NCBI GenBank assembly: GCA_964016885.1
Contig: OZ024749.1
Span: forward strand, 3,844,001-3,908,000
Length of the DNA stretch: 64,000 nt
From: Eledone cirrhosa
Taxonomy: Eukaryota
Direction of reading: 5' to 3'
Below the pieces are notes generated by a model. It was not told the origin of the DNA and ran no database searches. It worked only from the letters and a program-made list of their open reading frames with translations. Made by a program: the position numbers and the translations under genes. Below are positions 43,513 through 56,668 of this stretch, piece after piece (the first letter of the stretch is position 1; each line of letters starts with the position of its first letter).

Positions 43513-44955
43513 ATTTATTAATGCATGGACAGTTATATGACCTCCTTTTCAGCCGAGAGGCATACCAATACATATTCAAACATTGATACATATTCAAACA
43601 TTGTGGGTCAACATTCATTACATAATTTAGAGTGGCAGTACACACTTCGAGATTACATTTATATTAATAGGTACAATTAAAAATCAAAAATATAGGTTAA
43701 AATACAACATGAAGATAAGCGGTTATATAGTGCAAATGTTATATGTGTGGCACGCATGTGCGTCTTGTTTATATAGTGTGGCAGAGAGATATGTGTGGTA
43801 GAGGCACTTAGGTAGGTAAATAAGAGTGTTAGGTTGGTAGATCTGGTGGCAAATTCTTTATATGATTGATATAGTCTGTGTGTGGAGAAATATTATAAGC
43901 ATTAAAGATAGTGCAAGCATTAAAAGTGTTATAAGTAATGGAGATGCACAGCGCAGGGATGTCAAGTATTTCATGTACTTCGGCATTTTCATGGTCAGGG
44001 GAGTGTATTTTTCGATTATATGCCCTTCACATAATCCACGACAATCCAGTTAGAGATCGTAGTCTGGTGTTCTTTAGTTCGATACAGGAGGTTGTTACGT
44101 TTCTAGAAACGCCATTGAATACCGCCCGGAAGTGTGTGTGTGGCTAAGGGGGTTAATGCATGCGGGGAGGTAACTCTGGGGTTTCTATATCTAGCCATTA
44201 AAATGTGTCCCAATATAGACCCTAAATTCCATGGTGATGCGCATCTTCCAAGAGAGATTTTTAAAGCATAATGTGTATTAACTATAGAGTAGTTTAATTA
44301 AGTTATGCTGAAGGTGATCATATTATTATGGTGGATTAACCCATCTTAAGGTGCCACAAATGGAAATTATAGATGATGAGCGAGGATTCTAAATTAATGA
44401 TCTCTGTGGTTGTAGTCTGCTCATATGACCAGGCGCGGTGATTGCAGGCTTGCTTCAGAACCCAATGATCTCTGGTAAGATCTGGGTCATCGCTTGCTAC
44501 ATTTGATGTCGAAAGATAATTATCCCCAGGCCGGCCAAAGGTCAATCCGCAGTCCTCGCGACCCCTCTCTGACCGTCAGATCATCCGTATACGTACAACC
44601 CGCACGGCAGTTGGAATGCATTCACTCACTGCGCTCAGCAGTGCGGTCCTACTGGTCAACAGCGCTACTCGATTAAATCATTTTACATCCGTCTAAGGAA
44701 GGTGTTTCCTCTGCACCACACTATCCAACCGATCAATTCATGCTCAAAATACCCCTAGAGCGGTGTAGTGCCGTTCAAGTGGGTGGATGTTGTCACACCT
44801 GCCGTAGAGGCATAAATGGGTATTCTCCCTGCGAAGGGTTCCAGAGGGATGTCATTGTTTGTGTTATAATGGATCAGTTAGTGTTGGGTATGTAGTATAA
44901 GGTGTGTCTCTGGTGTTTGATGCTAGATGTGGTGTTAGGTTCCAGTCCGACATTG

Positions 44956-45930
44956 CTATATATTGGGCTTAAAGTTTTGGAAGGAATGTCTGAGGCGGTG
45001 CTGGCAAGTTGCAAACACCTCAGATTTTTTGTTAAGTAGGTTACGGTTGGAGAAGATAATATTGTGTGTCTCTAGTATACAGAGGTTACAGAATTTATTA
45101 GGTGGTTTGTACGAGGTCGCGCTTCCTATCACTTCCCATTTGAGTGTGTATGGTTTATTTTTAGATTTTAGATAGTGTATGTAGCTAGAAAGTGAGGTGG
45201 AGTTGGCTAGGCTGTGCTTTTTGAACGAGTGGATGTGCGAATTATATCTGATTTTGAAGCAATTAGAAGTGGAGCCTACATAGGTTTCTGAAGAGTTATT
45301 AGTCGTGACGGTGCATGAGTATATGGCATCCTTGGTTAGGCATTTTTTATCTAATGGGCAGGTTCTATTAGCTCTACAGTTACAATTATCCTGTGCGGTA
45401 GTCCGCTGGTTATAATGCAATGCGGAAGTCTCTGTGGTAGATATAGGATTTTGGGTGTTCGGGTTGACAACCCTGGTGTTATTACTTATACTAGTGTTAT
45501 TTCTATTGTTACTGCCGTTGCTATGGTTGCTTGCTACAGTGGTATTTAGAGGGTTTGCATCCCGTTGTGATTTTGTTTGTTGGAAGTAAGAACCAATTTT
45601 ACTATTATTGCTGCTAGCTATGTGGTATGCTAAGTTAGGCGTCGTACAGTATGAGATTTTAATTTTTTTTTTGTTTAAGAGGTTGTGGTACTTGTGTCCT
45701 AGAGGGAAGTTTTTATCTAGTAGTGAGAAGAAAGCCCTGGGTATGTTGGTGGAGACATTTAGGTTGAAAGGAGGGTTGAAAAATGTATTATTTCTTCTTC
45801 TATTTTTGCTTTTAGTGTTTGGTGTGTTGCTTCCTCCTAAGGCCCCACAGTAGTTTCCATGGTAATGGTTACTTCCGGTGGCACCCTCCGCTTTGGTGTA
45901 CTTGTGGTTGCTATTCCTATTATTAGAATC
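44956..45930 (-). CDS. Uninterrupted C-terminal ~325 codons of a Penelope ORF (linker, Cys motif, GIY-YIG endonuclease); no start codon
   Basis: Manual translation extends the listed 154-aa ORF in frame: NRRRNNTFFNPPFNLNVSTNIP..KNFP..ISYCTTPN..CNCRANRTCPLDKKC..IYSC..YVGST..FKIRY..CNLCILE..LLNKKSE..CQH. Confidence 0.88.
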   Translation of the reverse strand, partial: DSNNRNSNHKYTKAEGATGSNHYHGNYCGALGGSNTPNTKSKNRRRNNTFFNPPFNLNVSTNIPRAFFSLLDKNFPLGHKYHNLLNKKKIKISYCTTPNLAYHIASSNNSKIGSYFQQTKSQRDANPLNTTVASNHSNGSNNRNNTSISNNTRVVNPNTQNPISTTETSALHYNQRTTAQDNCNCRANRTCPLDKKCLTKDAIYSCTVTTNNSSETYVGSTSNCFKIRYNSHIHSFKKHSLANSTSLSSYIHYLKSKNKPYTLKWEVIGSATSYKPPNKFCNLCILETHNIIFSNRNLLNKKSEVFATCQHRLRHSFQNFKPNI

Positions 45931-46413
45931 TACATGAAAATGCCGAAGTACATGAAATACTTGACATCCCTGCGCTGTGCATCTCCATTACTTATAACAC
46001 TTTTAATGCTTGCACTATCTTTAATGCTTATAATATTTCTCCACTCACAGACTATATCAATCATATAAAGAATTTGCCACCAGATCTACCAACCTAACAC
46101 TCTTATTTACCTACCTAAGTGCCTCTACCACACATATCTCTCTGCCACACTATATAAACAAGACGCACATGCGTGCCACACATATAACATTTGCACTATA
46201 TAACCGCTTATCTTCATGTTGTATTTTAACCTATATTTTTGATTTTTAATTGTACCTATTAATATAATTGTAATCTCGAAGTGTGTACTGCCACTCTAAA
46301 TTCTGTAATGAATGTTGACCCACAATGTTTGAATATGTATCAATGTTTGAATATGTATTGGTATGCCTCTCGGCTGAAAAGGAGGTCATATAACTGTCCA
46401 TGCATTAATAAAT

Positions 46414-46460
46414 TGCTCCGAAGAATCCAAACCTCGGTTTGGAGGAAACAGCTGTAAGCA
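46414..46460 (+). ncRNA. Hammerhead motif in inverted pLTR (CCGAAGA core)
   Basis: Identical to the 43466-43512 motif, on the opposite strand. Confidence 0.7.
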
Positions 46461-46500
46461 CAATAATGTTTTGAACAGTTCTTTGATTCTTATATTTCAT

Positions 46501-46530
<30 letters not shown>

Positions 46531-46539
<9 letters not shown>

Positions 46540-47518
46540 GATCGAGTATCGAAAAATCGGCGCACGAGTTCACGATAAACAATATTCGAAATGAGCGGCA
46601 GAGGGCCCAATAATTCAGATGAATCAGAGCTATAACTATCGTTAAAATACCGTCACACATAGAACAAGTCTAAAATCAACCATACGATAAAAAATCGATA
46701 ATAGAAAATTCGGGACAAACAGATAAAAATATCAATAAAACAATACATCAATAATTTAACTGAATGTAAAATCATACCCGGACCCACTAGAAAGGTGTTA
46801 AATCTAGCTTCTTGGGTTTCTGTAAATCCTTAGACTGTACTCTATCAGCTCACATATAAATATATAAGGCTTCTAGAGCAAGCGGAATGGAAGTTTACTT
46901 CATCAACGAGCTTTTTCCTAGCGGATAAGAGGCTAACTACAAGCGAAATACGCACATGGAATCAGGCAAGGGAGATAACCTCTACATCCGCGAAAACTAT
47001 TCGAGGAAATGTGGAAATACACATATCGAATAAGAGTGCTCAATAGACATGTTAAAATAAAACAGGAGCTATTCATCACTCAATAGAATCGACAAAAAAT
47101 GAGCAATAAAATTAACTGGTGGATAGCTATGTCCAGAGCTAAAAATATTAGAAAGATCGAGTATCGAAAAATCGGCGCACGAGTTCACGATAAACAATAT
47201 TCGAAATGAGCGGCAGAGGGCTCAATAATTCAGATGAATCAGAGCTATAACTATCGTTAAAATACCGTCACACATAGAACAAGTCTAAAATCAACCATAC
47301 GATAAAAAATCGATAATAGAAGATTCGGGACAAACAGATAAAAAATATCAATAAAACAATACATCAATAATTTAACTGAATGTAAAATCATACCCGGACC
47401 CACTAGAAAGGTGTTAAATCTAGCTTCTTGGGTTTCTGTAAATCCTTAGACTGTACTCTATCAGCTCACATATAAATATATAAGGCTTCTAGAGCAAGCG
47501 GAATGGAAGTTTACTTCA
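46531..47518. repeat. A-B-A element: ~372-bp near-identical direct repeats with a ~243-bp spacer
   Basis: 46531-46902 versus 47146-47518, about 3 differences seen; (TA)n on both sides. Confidence 0.9.
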
Positions 47519-47535
47519 TATATATATATATATAT

Positions 47536-47665
47536 TATTTCTGAAGACAGCATATATATGTGTAGGTATGTATATTCCCTCTGGTAGTTTGTAAAAATAT
47601 TACATAGATCTATATGATATACATAACAACACACACATATATATCCTAGAAACGATCGTAAAATG
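47536..47665 (+). ncRNA. Type-I hammerhead motif with 101-nt stem II
   Basis: tattt-CTGAAGA-(atatatatgtgt..acacatatatat)-GAAA-cgatcg-TA-aaatg. Confidence 0.7.
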
Positions 47666-47720
47666 GTGAATTTTTAAATATAAGGAACTATTTGTTTGTT
47701 TTTATTCATTATGTTTATTA

Positions 47721-47761
<41 letters not shown>

Positions 47762-48145
47762 CGGGGGGGGAGTGCTGGGTGTGTGCGTGAGAGTTTTCGG
47801 ATGATGATGTTCTGTGTGTATGTATTATAAAACTGCCAATGTATTTCCGTAATGATAATCACATTTCTGAAAAAACATATATCGCCTGAGCTGGGTTAAG
47901 ATGAGAGCATTAATTATCTGCCGCTTCCATTACACACATCCACCGCAGTGCTATATCTCAGTGCGTTCATCACATCAGATAATTGTGGTAACTTCACACA
48001 GAAATTGTTTACAGTGTCATTATCTTACATCGCGTAATTACCATAGAATTATTCTACCGTAAGCTAATTTCGTAACTCAGTTTGTTTATTTGTTAGTGTA
48101 TGTGCGTGTGTGTGTTTATATATGTATGTATGCGTGTGTCTGTGT

Positions 48146-48214
<69 letters not shown>

Positions 48215-48255
48215 CTTATATATTATGGAATACTGTTGACTCCTTGCTCACATTA

Positions 48256-48322
<67 letters not shown>

Positions 48323-48335
48323 TGTAAATATCTTT

Positions 48336-48366
<31 letters not shown>

Positions 48367-49991
48367 CTGAGTGTATTATATTCAGCAATCACCACACTAT
48401 ATCACAATAGATACTGAACATTCGCTTTCATTTTCAATGCTTTCTAACATATTCTATTAATCATTTATATATCATGATTTCATTTTTCCTTCCATTTCTA
48501 CTCCTTCACATTCGCTTTATTCTTTCATATATTCTCTGTTTTTTTTTTTTGGGGGGGGGGGGGGCTTCAATATTTATTGTTTCTTTAAACTCCTGTTTTC
48601 TGTTTCTTTCTTTCTCTCAGCTCTTTCCTACATTCTTCTCTCTTCTATCGTTTTCTTCATGTTTCTTTCTTCTACCTCCAAATTTCTTATCCACCCCCAC
48701 TCTTACTCTCTTTGTTTCAACTTTCTGTCTGATTTCACCCCCATCATCCATACTTCATACTCTTTCGCATTTCTTTCTCTCATTGTCCACTCTTCTTTCA
48801 TCGTTCTCTCCCTTCTTCTTCTTCTTCTTCTTCTTCTTCTTCTTCTTCTTCTTCTTCTTCTTCTTCCCTATAGTGCAATGTCTAATACAGCTCTAACATT
48901 TGTAGGAATTTACAGAAAGAAATCCTGATAAAAGATGACGATTGCTACAAAAGTTCTTCCATATTTCCATTGTAAACAGGAAAATTCTCTCTATGTGTCT
49001 CTATGTGTGTGAGTGTTATATGAATGTGTATATATGTATTTGTGCATGTGTGTTAATGTGTACGTGTCACTGTGTATGTGTGAATATGTGAATGTGTTTA
49101 TGTATGGACATGTGTGCATGTGTGCGTGATTGTGCGAGAGTGAATGTATATGAGAGCTTACATGTAACACCTGTCTTTATATCATGTGCGCTCGCTCGTG
49201 TGAATGCGTCTGTTCGCTCTTGTGAGTGCGTGCCTGTGTATTTGAATGATTGTGAGCCATAAAGCGATATTACTGATCACTTACAAACGTATGTTCCTAG
49301 CGAGCAATTATGTTTCATTATTTTACTTTTTCTTCTTTTTTTATTTGTTGTAGTTCATATATAATTCCGCAGGTTAATTCATTACTCCTGACCACCTACC
49401 TCCACAAGCTCATTAGTTGTGGAATTAATGTCTATCGGCATATTCACCTAACGTAGCTTGTTAAGCTTGTGTCTACATATGTAAATAAGTAATCGGTTGG
49501 CATAGTCTTTAAATTGGTGTTCCACATGTTTGAGTTCTGAGTTCAACTACCGCTAACATTTATATTGACTTCAATTTCTTCGAGATCGATAACAAATATA
49601 TACTAGACGTGCGCAGGCGCAGTCTTGTCTCGTTCGATATTTCGTTTCTTGGACATGCTTCTGCATTTAAAAAAGGGATAGCGAGACGGTGTCTATATCT
49701 GTTCAGGGTACCACAACCTAAATGACGACATTAGTGAAACTATGCTAAATATTACCATGTCATACTCAATTGTGATTGATGGCTGTAGCTAATATTTTTA
49801 TTTATATTTTCGTTTTTGATGTTGAAGTCAGGTGCTTCATAAATGCTCGCTGGAATATGAAATGTTTCCAGAAATCTCTAATAACTGTCAAACACCGTTC
49901 TCAGCACGACATCTATGTATGATTTGATGAATTATTTATATCATTGTCCCCGAGAGTATTTATATGTCATTGTCACCATACATTCACAGAT

Positions 49992-50082
<91 letters not shown>

Positions 50083-50089
<7 letters not shown>

Positions 50090-50936
50090 ATACAGACAAT
50101 TTTCAACGCAATACTTCTAGTTAGCACCCCGAACGCATAATTGCGGATATAATCACTTATTTCCTAATGTTTGTTGAGTGAGTTGGAATTTGGCCGGAGT
50201 ATCGCTAAAAAGCTTTCTCCGATATTGTATTTATTTATTTACTCTTGGCGCAGCAGATTTGAAAAAATTCCCGGTATAAGGTTAGCATTTCTTTGTTTAT
50301 TTTTTATATATGAATATTGATTGTTCATTATATCTCATTCTGTTATTTTGCCCGAGAAAATATCTGTGTGTGTCATCAAATGTTGTACACACATAGATAT
50401 TTTTTCAATTTCCAATTGAGTTCTTAGCACGTGGCCTGAATTCCTTTCAGAGTTCATTGTCATGCGCATGTATTGTTTTTTTTTTGGCGGTAATTTACTT
50501 CCTCATTTTTTAAATCAGTTTGAGCACTTCTTTAGAACTGGTGGACTGACAACCTGACAGATACCTCAGGCACAGGGGATGATAATTATCGCTGAATACT
50601 GATGTTGGTTAGATTATCAATATTAGTATTATTGGGGCATCCACTGATGAATTATAGGAGCCCACTTGAATATATATCTATTGATGGTATACAAGCTCCT
50701 ACATAAATTGGTATAATTTCACGCAAATTGTAGGAATCCTATAATGAAACGAGACGTCTGTCTGGGAAGAGATATATTAGATATGTCTCATATGAAATAA
50801 TACAGCCAATTTTCCACGCAATACTTTTAGTTAGCACCCCGAACGCATAATTGGGAATATAATCACTTATTTCGTAATGTTATAGAGTGAGTTGGAATTT
50901 GGCCGGAGTATCGCTAAAAAGCTTTCTCCAATATTG

Positions 50937-50943
<7 letters not shown>
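50083..50943. repeat. A-B-A element: ~150-bp direct repeats, period 710
   Basis: tgaaataatacag..gcaccccgaacgcataattg..ggccggagtatcgctaaaaagctttctcc occurs at 50083 and 50793; (TA)n on both sides. Confidence 0.85.
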
Positions 50944-50973
<30 letters not shown>

Positions 50974-51074
50974 GCAAACATGCTTCTATATCTACCTACA
51001 CATCTACATCCATACGTGTATAAATGTATACATATATATATATATATATGTATGTATATATATATATGTATGTA

Positions 51075-51157
<83 letters not shown>

Positions 51158-51207
51158 GCAAACATGCTTCTATATCTACCTACATATTTACATGCATACG
51201 TGTATAA

Positions 51208-51259
<52 letters not shown>

Positions 51260-51302
51260 CTATATGTATGTATATATATATATGTATGTATATATATATA
51301 TA

Positions 51303-51371
<69 letters not shown>

Positions 51372-51606
51372 GGATTAACAAATAATAGTTAAATGCAGTC
51401 CACTTAGGGGAAGTCCAGTTATGGTATTCCAGGTAGTGGATGATATTAACGCTTGGCTTGGTTTGACTCAACATGGCGTTTTCATAGTGATGCTGCGGGT
51501 ATGCTGTAATTCCTATGTTGTAAACACATGGAGTAATACTAAATCAGGAATGAAGGTTTACATGGTTTCTATACAAAAAAGTGTTTAATCACATAGCTTA
51601 CATTTG

Positions 51607-51681
<75 letters not shown>

Positions 51682-52131
51682 GGGGGGGCGTGTGTGTGTG
51701 TGCGTGCGCGCGTTTGCAAAGTTCTGCGTCACTCGCAAAGTTGGTTACAGAGCAAAATTATCTGTTGATAACGTGATATTCCTTGTTCGATTTTTATGCT
51801 GAAAGCTTATAGTTTTAAGCAGACAGAATTTTGGATTTAGGTGTCATAGAAAACCTGCATTTGGATTTTACCATCTATTCCGTTTGGGTCCAGTTTTTAT
51901 GATTTATTTTGTTTGACCTGTTAAGCTTGATTTGTTATTTGGCTTAGGTGGTTAATGCCTTCTTAACCACTTTTTCTGTTTGTATGGCGTGTTAACATAT
52001 TGTTTAGCTCTAGTTTTATTAACTATTGAGCGCTTGCCAGCATTTCTACGATTTTGCGTTTCGTTTCGCTTTTTCTACGAGCCGAAATACGATTCTCGCT
52101 GAATTATATATACATATATATATATATTATA

Positions 52132-52160
<29 letters not shown>

Positions 52161-52162
<2 letters not shown>

Positions 52163-53025
52163 TGTTATACTTTGGGAGGGTCATGTTGCCAATAAGAAAC
52201 ACACGCGCCAATTGCTTTCACTTCAATTTATTATAAATTAAATCTATAAATTTAGGAATTTATAAATTTCCGGTTGGTTGGTCGGATCCACAACCAGACG
52301 ATTGTTCATATATTGTCACACATTCTGTTACCTCTTCAGTGACTGGGGATTCTTTTCTATGTTTTTGTGCCTCTCCTTTGTTCTGTCCTACGCCATCTTC
52401 TTTTTGTGTGTGTTGTGTGCTTAGTTCGCGCATGTGTTACATCCGGGTGTATGTGTGTGTTTATACTTGTTTATTTATTTGTTTATTTACATGTTACTGG
52501 TTGGTTGTTTGTTCTATGTGTGTGTGTGTTTTCATTTTGCCCTTAATAGTAAGTTGTCATGCTGCTATTCCAGTCATGCTTTCTATTTAATTTTGGTTGG
52601 AGTTCATTTATGTTTATTGCCTCTGTGATTTGTCTAAACATTGCGTCTTTTCTGTGTGTAGATTCTATTTTTATTTCTATGTTCTCTAATTTACCCTTAT
52701 GTTCTATTTTAGCATGTTGGTAGATTACTGATGATTATTTATTATCTTGAAGCTCTCGCCAGTGTTCATTTATCCCTTCTCCTATACTACAAGCTGTCTC
52801 ACGTATGTACACTATTCCTATCTCTACATTGTCCTGAAGAGGTCACTGAATATGTGACGAAAGAACTTTGACAATATATTAACAATCGTTTGGTTGTCGA
52901 ACCAAACACACAAACGGAAATTTATAAATTCCTGAATTTATAAATTTAATTTATAATAAATTGAAGTAAAGCAATAGGTGCGTGTGTTTCTTATTGGCAA
53001 TATGACCCTCCCAAAGTATAACAAT
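52161..53025 (+). mobile_element. Non-coding Penelope-like remnant with ~157-bp inverted termini
   Basis: 52161-52318 is a diverged reverse complement of 52869-53025; hammerhead motif at 52828-52875; (TA)n on the flanks. Confidence 0.75.
52828..52875 (+). ncRNA. Type-I hammerhead motif
   Basis: attgtc-CTGAAGA-g-gtcac-tgaatat-gtgac-GAAA-gaact-TT-gacaat; 6-bp stem I and 5-bp stem II. Confidence 0.7.
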
Positions 53026-53079
53026 ACCGGTTTCAACAGACGTTTTCAGATAAAGAATCTTGCTAAACAAATTCAGAAA

Positions 53080-53146
<67 letters not shown>

Positions 53147-53380
53147 ATATACACACACACATTCCAAAACGCGCCTAAAACAAACAAATGGATCCTTAAT
53201 TGCTCGCGTTCTCACCTAAATAAACAGATGAATACCGGTGAATACACACGGGCATTCCCACCCCAACAATTACACCAAAATATACACAAACGCCCACCTT
53301 CACAAATAAATAGGGCCTATGCCTATATATACATTCTATGTCCACATACCACAACAAATATATATCTTGTGTTGCATCTC

Positions 53381-53467
53381 CAGTCTGAGAAGCAGATTGA
53401 TACTGGCGTCGGGTCCATAACTCTATATGTCATCATGAGCCAATCCTCTGCGAAACGCGCGTAACAG
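53381..53467 (+). ncRNA. Degenerate hammerhead motif (one core nucleotide missing)
   Basis: cagt-CTGAGA-a-gcaga..tctgc-GAAA-cgcgcg-TA-acag. Confidence 0.5.
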
Positions 53468-53699
53468 GCCGATACGCAACGGAAAATAATTTTTCCACCA
53501 AATCTTTAAAATAGTTTGGAAGCTAATACCGTAAAAACTTAAACCTATAAATATACCAGAATGAGACAGCTATATACATAGATATACATAGGAAGATTAT
53601 TAAGCATTACTCACTCACTGATCACTCTATTCCTTATACAGAAGTAAGATCACTCCTTCTATAGAGATTTATGAGCTCTGAATCTTCATTATTTGAAAC

Positions 53700-53886
53700 G
53701 ATGGATTGGCAGTATCGGTAGAGGGTCGAACGCCATGCTTTGCAGCAAAGAGTTACGGCCCTTTATGGTCTGAGTTCAAATCCGGTCGAGGTTAACTTTG
53801 CCTTTCATCCTTACGGGGTCGATAAAATAAAGTACCAGTAATACACTGCGATAATTGCTGACCTTGTGCAAAAAGTAGAAACAATT
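53700..53886 (+). mobile_element. SINE family A copy
   Basis: Consensus match; imperfect TSD attattt(g/a)aaacg. Confidence 0.88.
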
Positions 53887-54767
53887 ATTTAAAACGTTAT
53901 AATGTGTTTTGTCGAAAGGTGATTGAATAGGATCGATGACGAGTGTTTTAATTTCAATTAACAAGAGTTTGATCATGAAATTGTCCTATATGTGGCTGAT
54001 CACAGTCACATGTTCTCTTAATCTATATCCCTGACAGAAATCCCAACCGTGTCTATCCAAATTCACTAACACCACATGTGTCGGGCTGAGACGGGGTGGT
54101 AAATGACACATGTCCCAAATTCCATGCAGCGGATAGAATCCGGATTCTTATGATTTAGAACCGAACTTCGAACACGTTCGGTCAAGATGTATCCATGGTT
54201 TCCATGGATGACACTTTTATGTCTAACAACTCAGACTACCGGGGAACATTCTCCTTCTTTAAAACCGTGCTTAAGCCATAACAAACGTTTTCACGAAAGT
54301 ATTAATATTTAGTTTGGATGAAGGTGTAGGAGGGATATTAATGACCCTCAACTTAAATCTAACAATGCTCCGACATTGATATACAAACTATATCATTCTT
54401 TAGGATGTCATTTCCACTCTTTGTAGATATAATCAAGAGCATCACTTTATAGTTCGCTCAGATGAAGATCATCAGTTCACGATAATTCCTGGCCTACTTA
54501 CATACATAACAAGCAATATAAAGGAAAATCTGAAGATGGGATGTTATTAAGATGAAGAGATCTTTATCAAGGCACTCACTGACTATCGCTCATTTACCTC
54601 AAACTGCTTTTGATGTATTGCCATTCCTTCTCTCACGCATCTCTCCCTTTCTCTCGCTCTTTCTATCTATCAAACACCTCTCGCTCTCTCACTCATAGGT
54701 TCCCTCTGTATCTACCCATCTGTCTACACACATGTTTTTGTTTCTAACTTTCTCTCTCACTCACCGT

Positions 54768-54850
<83 letters not shown>

Positions 54851-55602
54851 CATGTATATGCACGTTTTGTACTTCTCTTTAATTCTCTCTCATGAAACAC
54901 GCAACATTTAGAAACAGGCATATGATTAACTTCCATCACAATTATGACAGAAGGCTAATCAACTTCAGTGTCTAAATTGACAGCAATTGTCTTAATGGGA
55001 GTGCTATTCACTCTTAACTCACACATCTTCTTACTACACACTTACTACCCTTCCGTCTTCGAAATTTATTCGATCGGTTAAGGTAATGTGGTCTTCATAT
55101 TGAATCTTTTAATTCTATAATGAGATTTTATGGAAGCTAATAACGATATAAATGTCAATATTACACAGGCGTATTAATATCATTATACTTGGGAATATCA
55201 AAGTAGACTGTAATAATTTATAACGCCTTTCTTGTCTGTCTATCTGTCAAGTTACATATTGTTGTTGTTGTTGTTGTCGGTTTTAGAAGCGCAATTGTTT
55301 AAAGCAAGCTGAATTGAAGACGGGATTTCCATTATTATTTCATCCAATAGACTGAGGTTATGCTGAGACACTGACATGGCGTCATATACTGTGATATTCT
55401 TTTACTGTTTTCATTCATTATTATATGGCCATGCTGGGGCACCAGGTTGAGGACATTGACTTTGGTATAATTTTACTGGCATCCTCGATTAGACAGCGGT
55501 CATGCTGGGGTATCGCTTAGAAAAACATTTGCTCGATCATATCAACCATATATACATACAAGCAAAAGGTTTTATAAATATAGTTTCCATTTATTAATAT
55601 CA

Positions 55603-56457
<855 letters not shown>

Positions 56458-56634
56458 CAAGTCTGGTCTTCGGTTAATATTATTTTTCTGTCGAAATGGA
56501 ATGTTAGTGGGCTTAGTCAACAAGGAAACACACACACACACACACACACACAAATATATTTCAAGAATAGACAAAACCAATACAAAGATGTAAAAAGCAG
56601 AAAGTTTTACGCTTGGAAAGAAGTAAATGAGTGT

Positions 56635-56668
56635 TTCGACGTATCGGAGTTAAGTCCTTCTTCAGGAA
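56635..56668 (-). ncRNA. Degenerate minimal hammerhead motif
   Basis: ttc-CTGAAGA-agga-cttaac-tcc-GATA-cg-TC-gaa (GAAA changed to GATA); lies in a CA-rich pLTR-like element at ~56457-57420. Confidence 0.5.

Larger units (their letters stand above)
43424..46502 (-). mobile_element. Young 5'-truncated Penelope-like element (Naiad-type) with inverted ~570-bp pseudo-LTRs
   Basis: 43424-43993 is the reverse complement of 45933-46502, with about 3 mismatches seen. The arms enclose the endonuclease ORF and a long 3' UTR, and each arm carries a hammerhead motif. Confidence 0.92.

Noticed and set aside
44815-44860. SECIS candidate on the minus strand
   Set aside because: The 3' GA is too close to the AA and helix II is short; no UGA codon in the visible ORF.
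46805-46850. Minus-strand ctgataga..gaaa in the direct repeat
   Set aside because: No UH cleavage site and poor stems.
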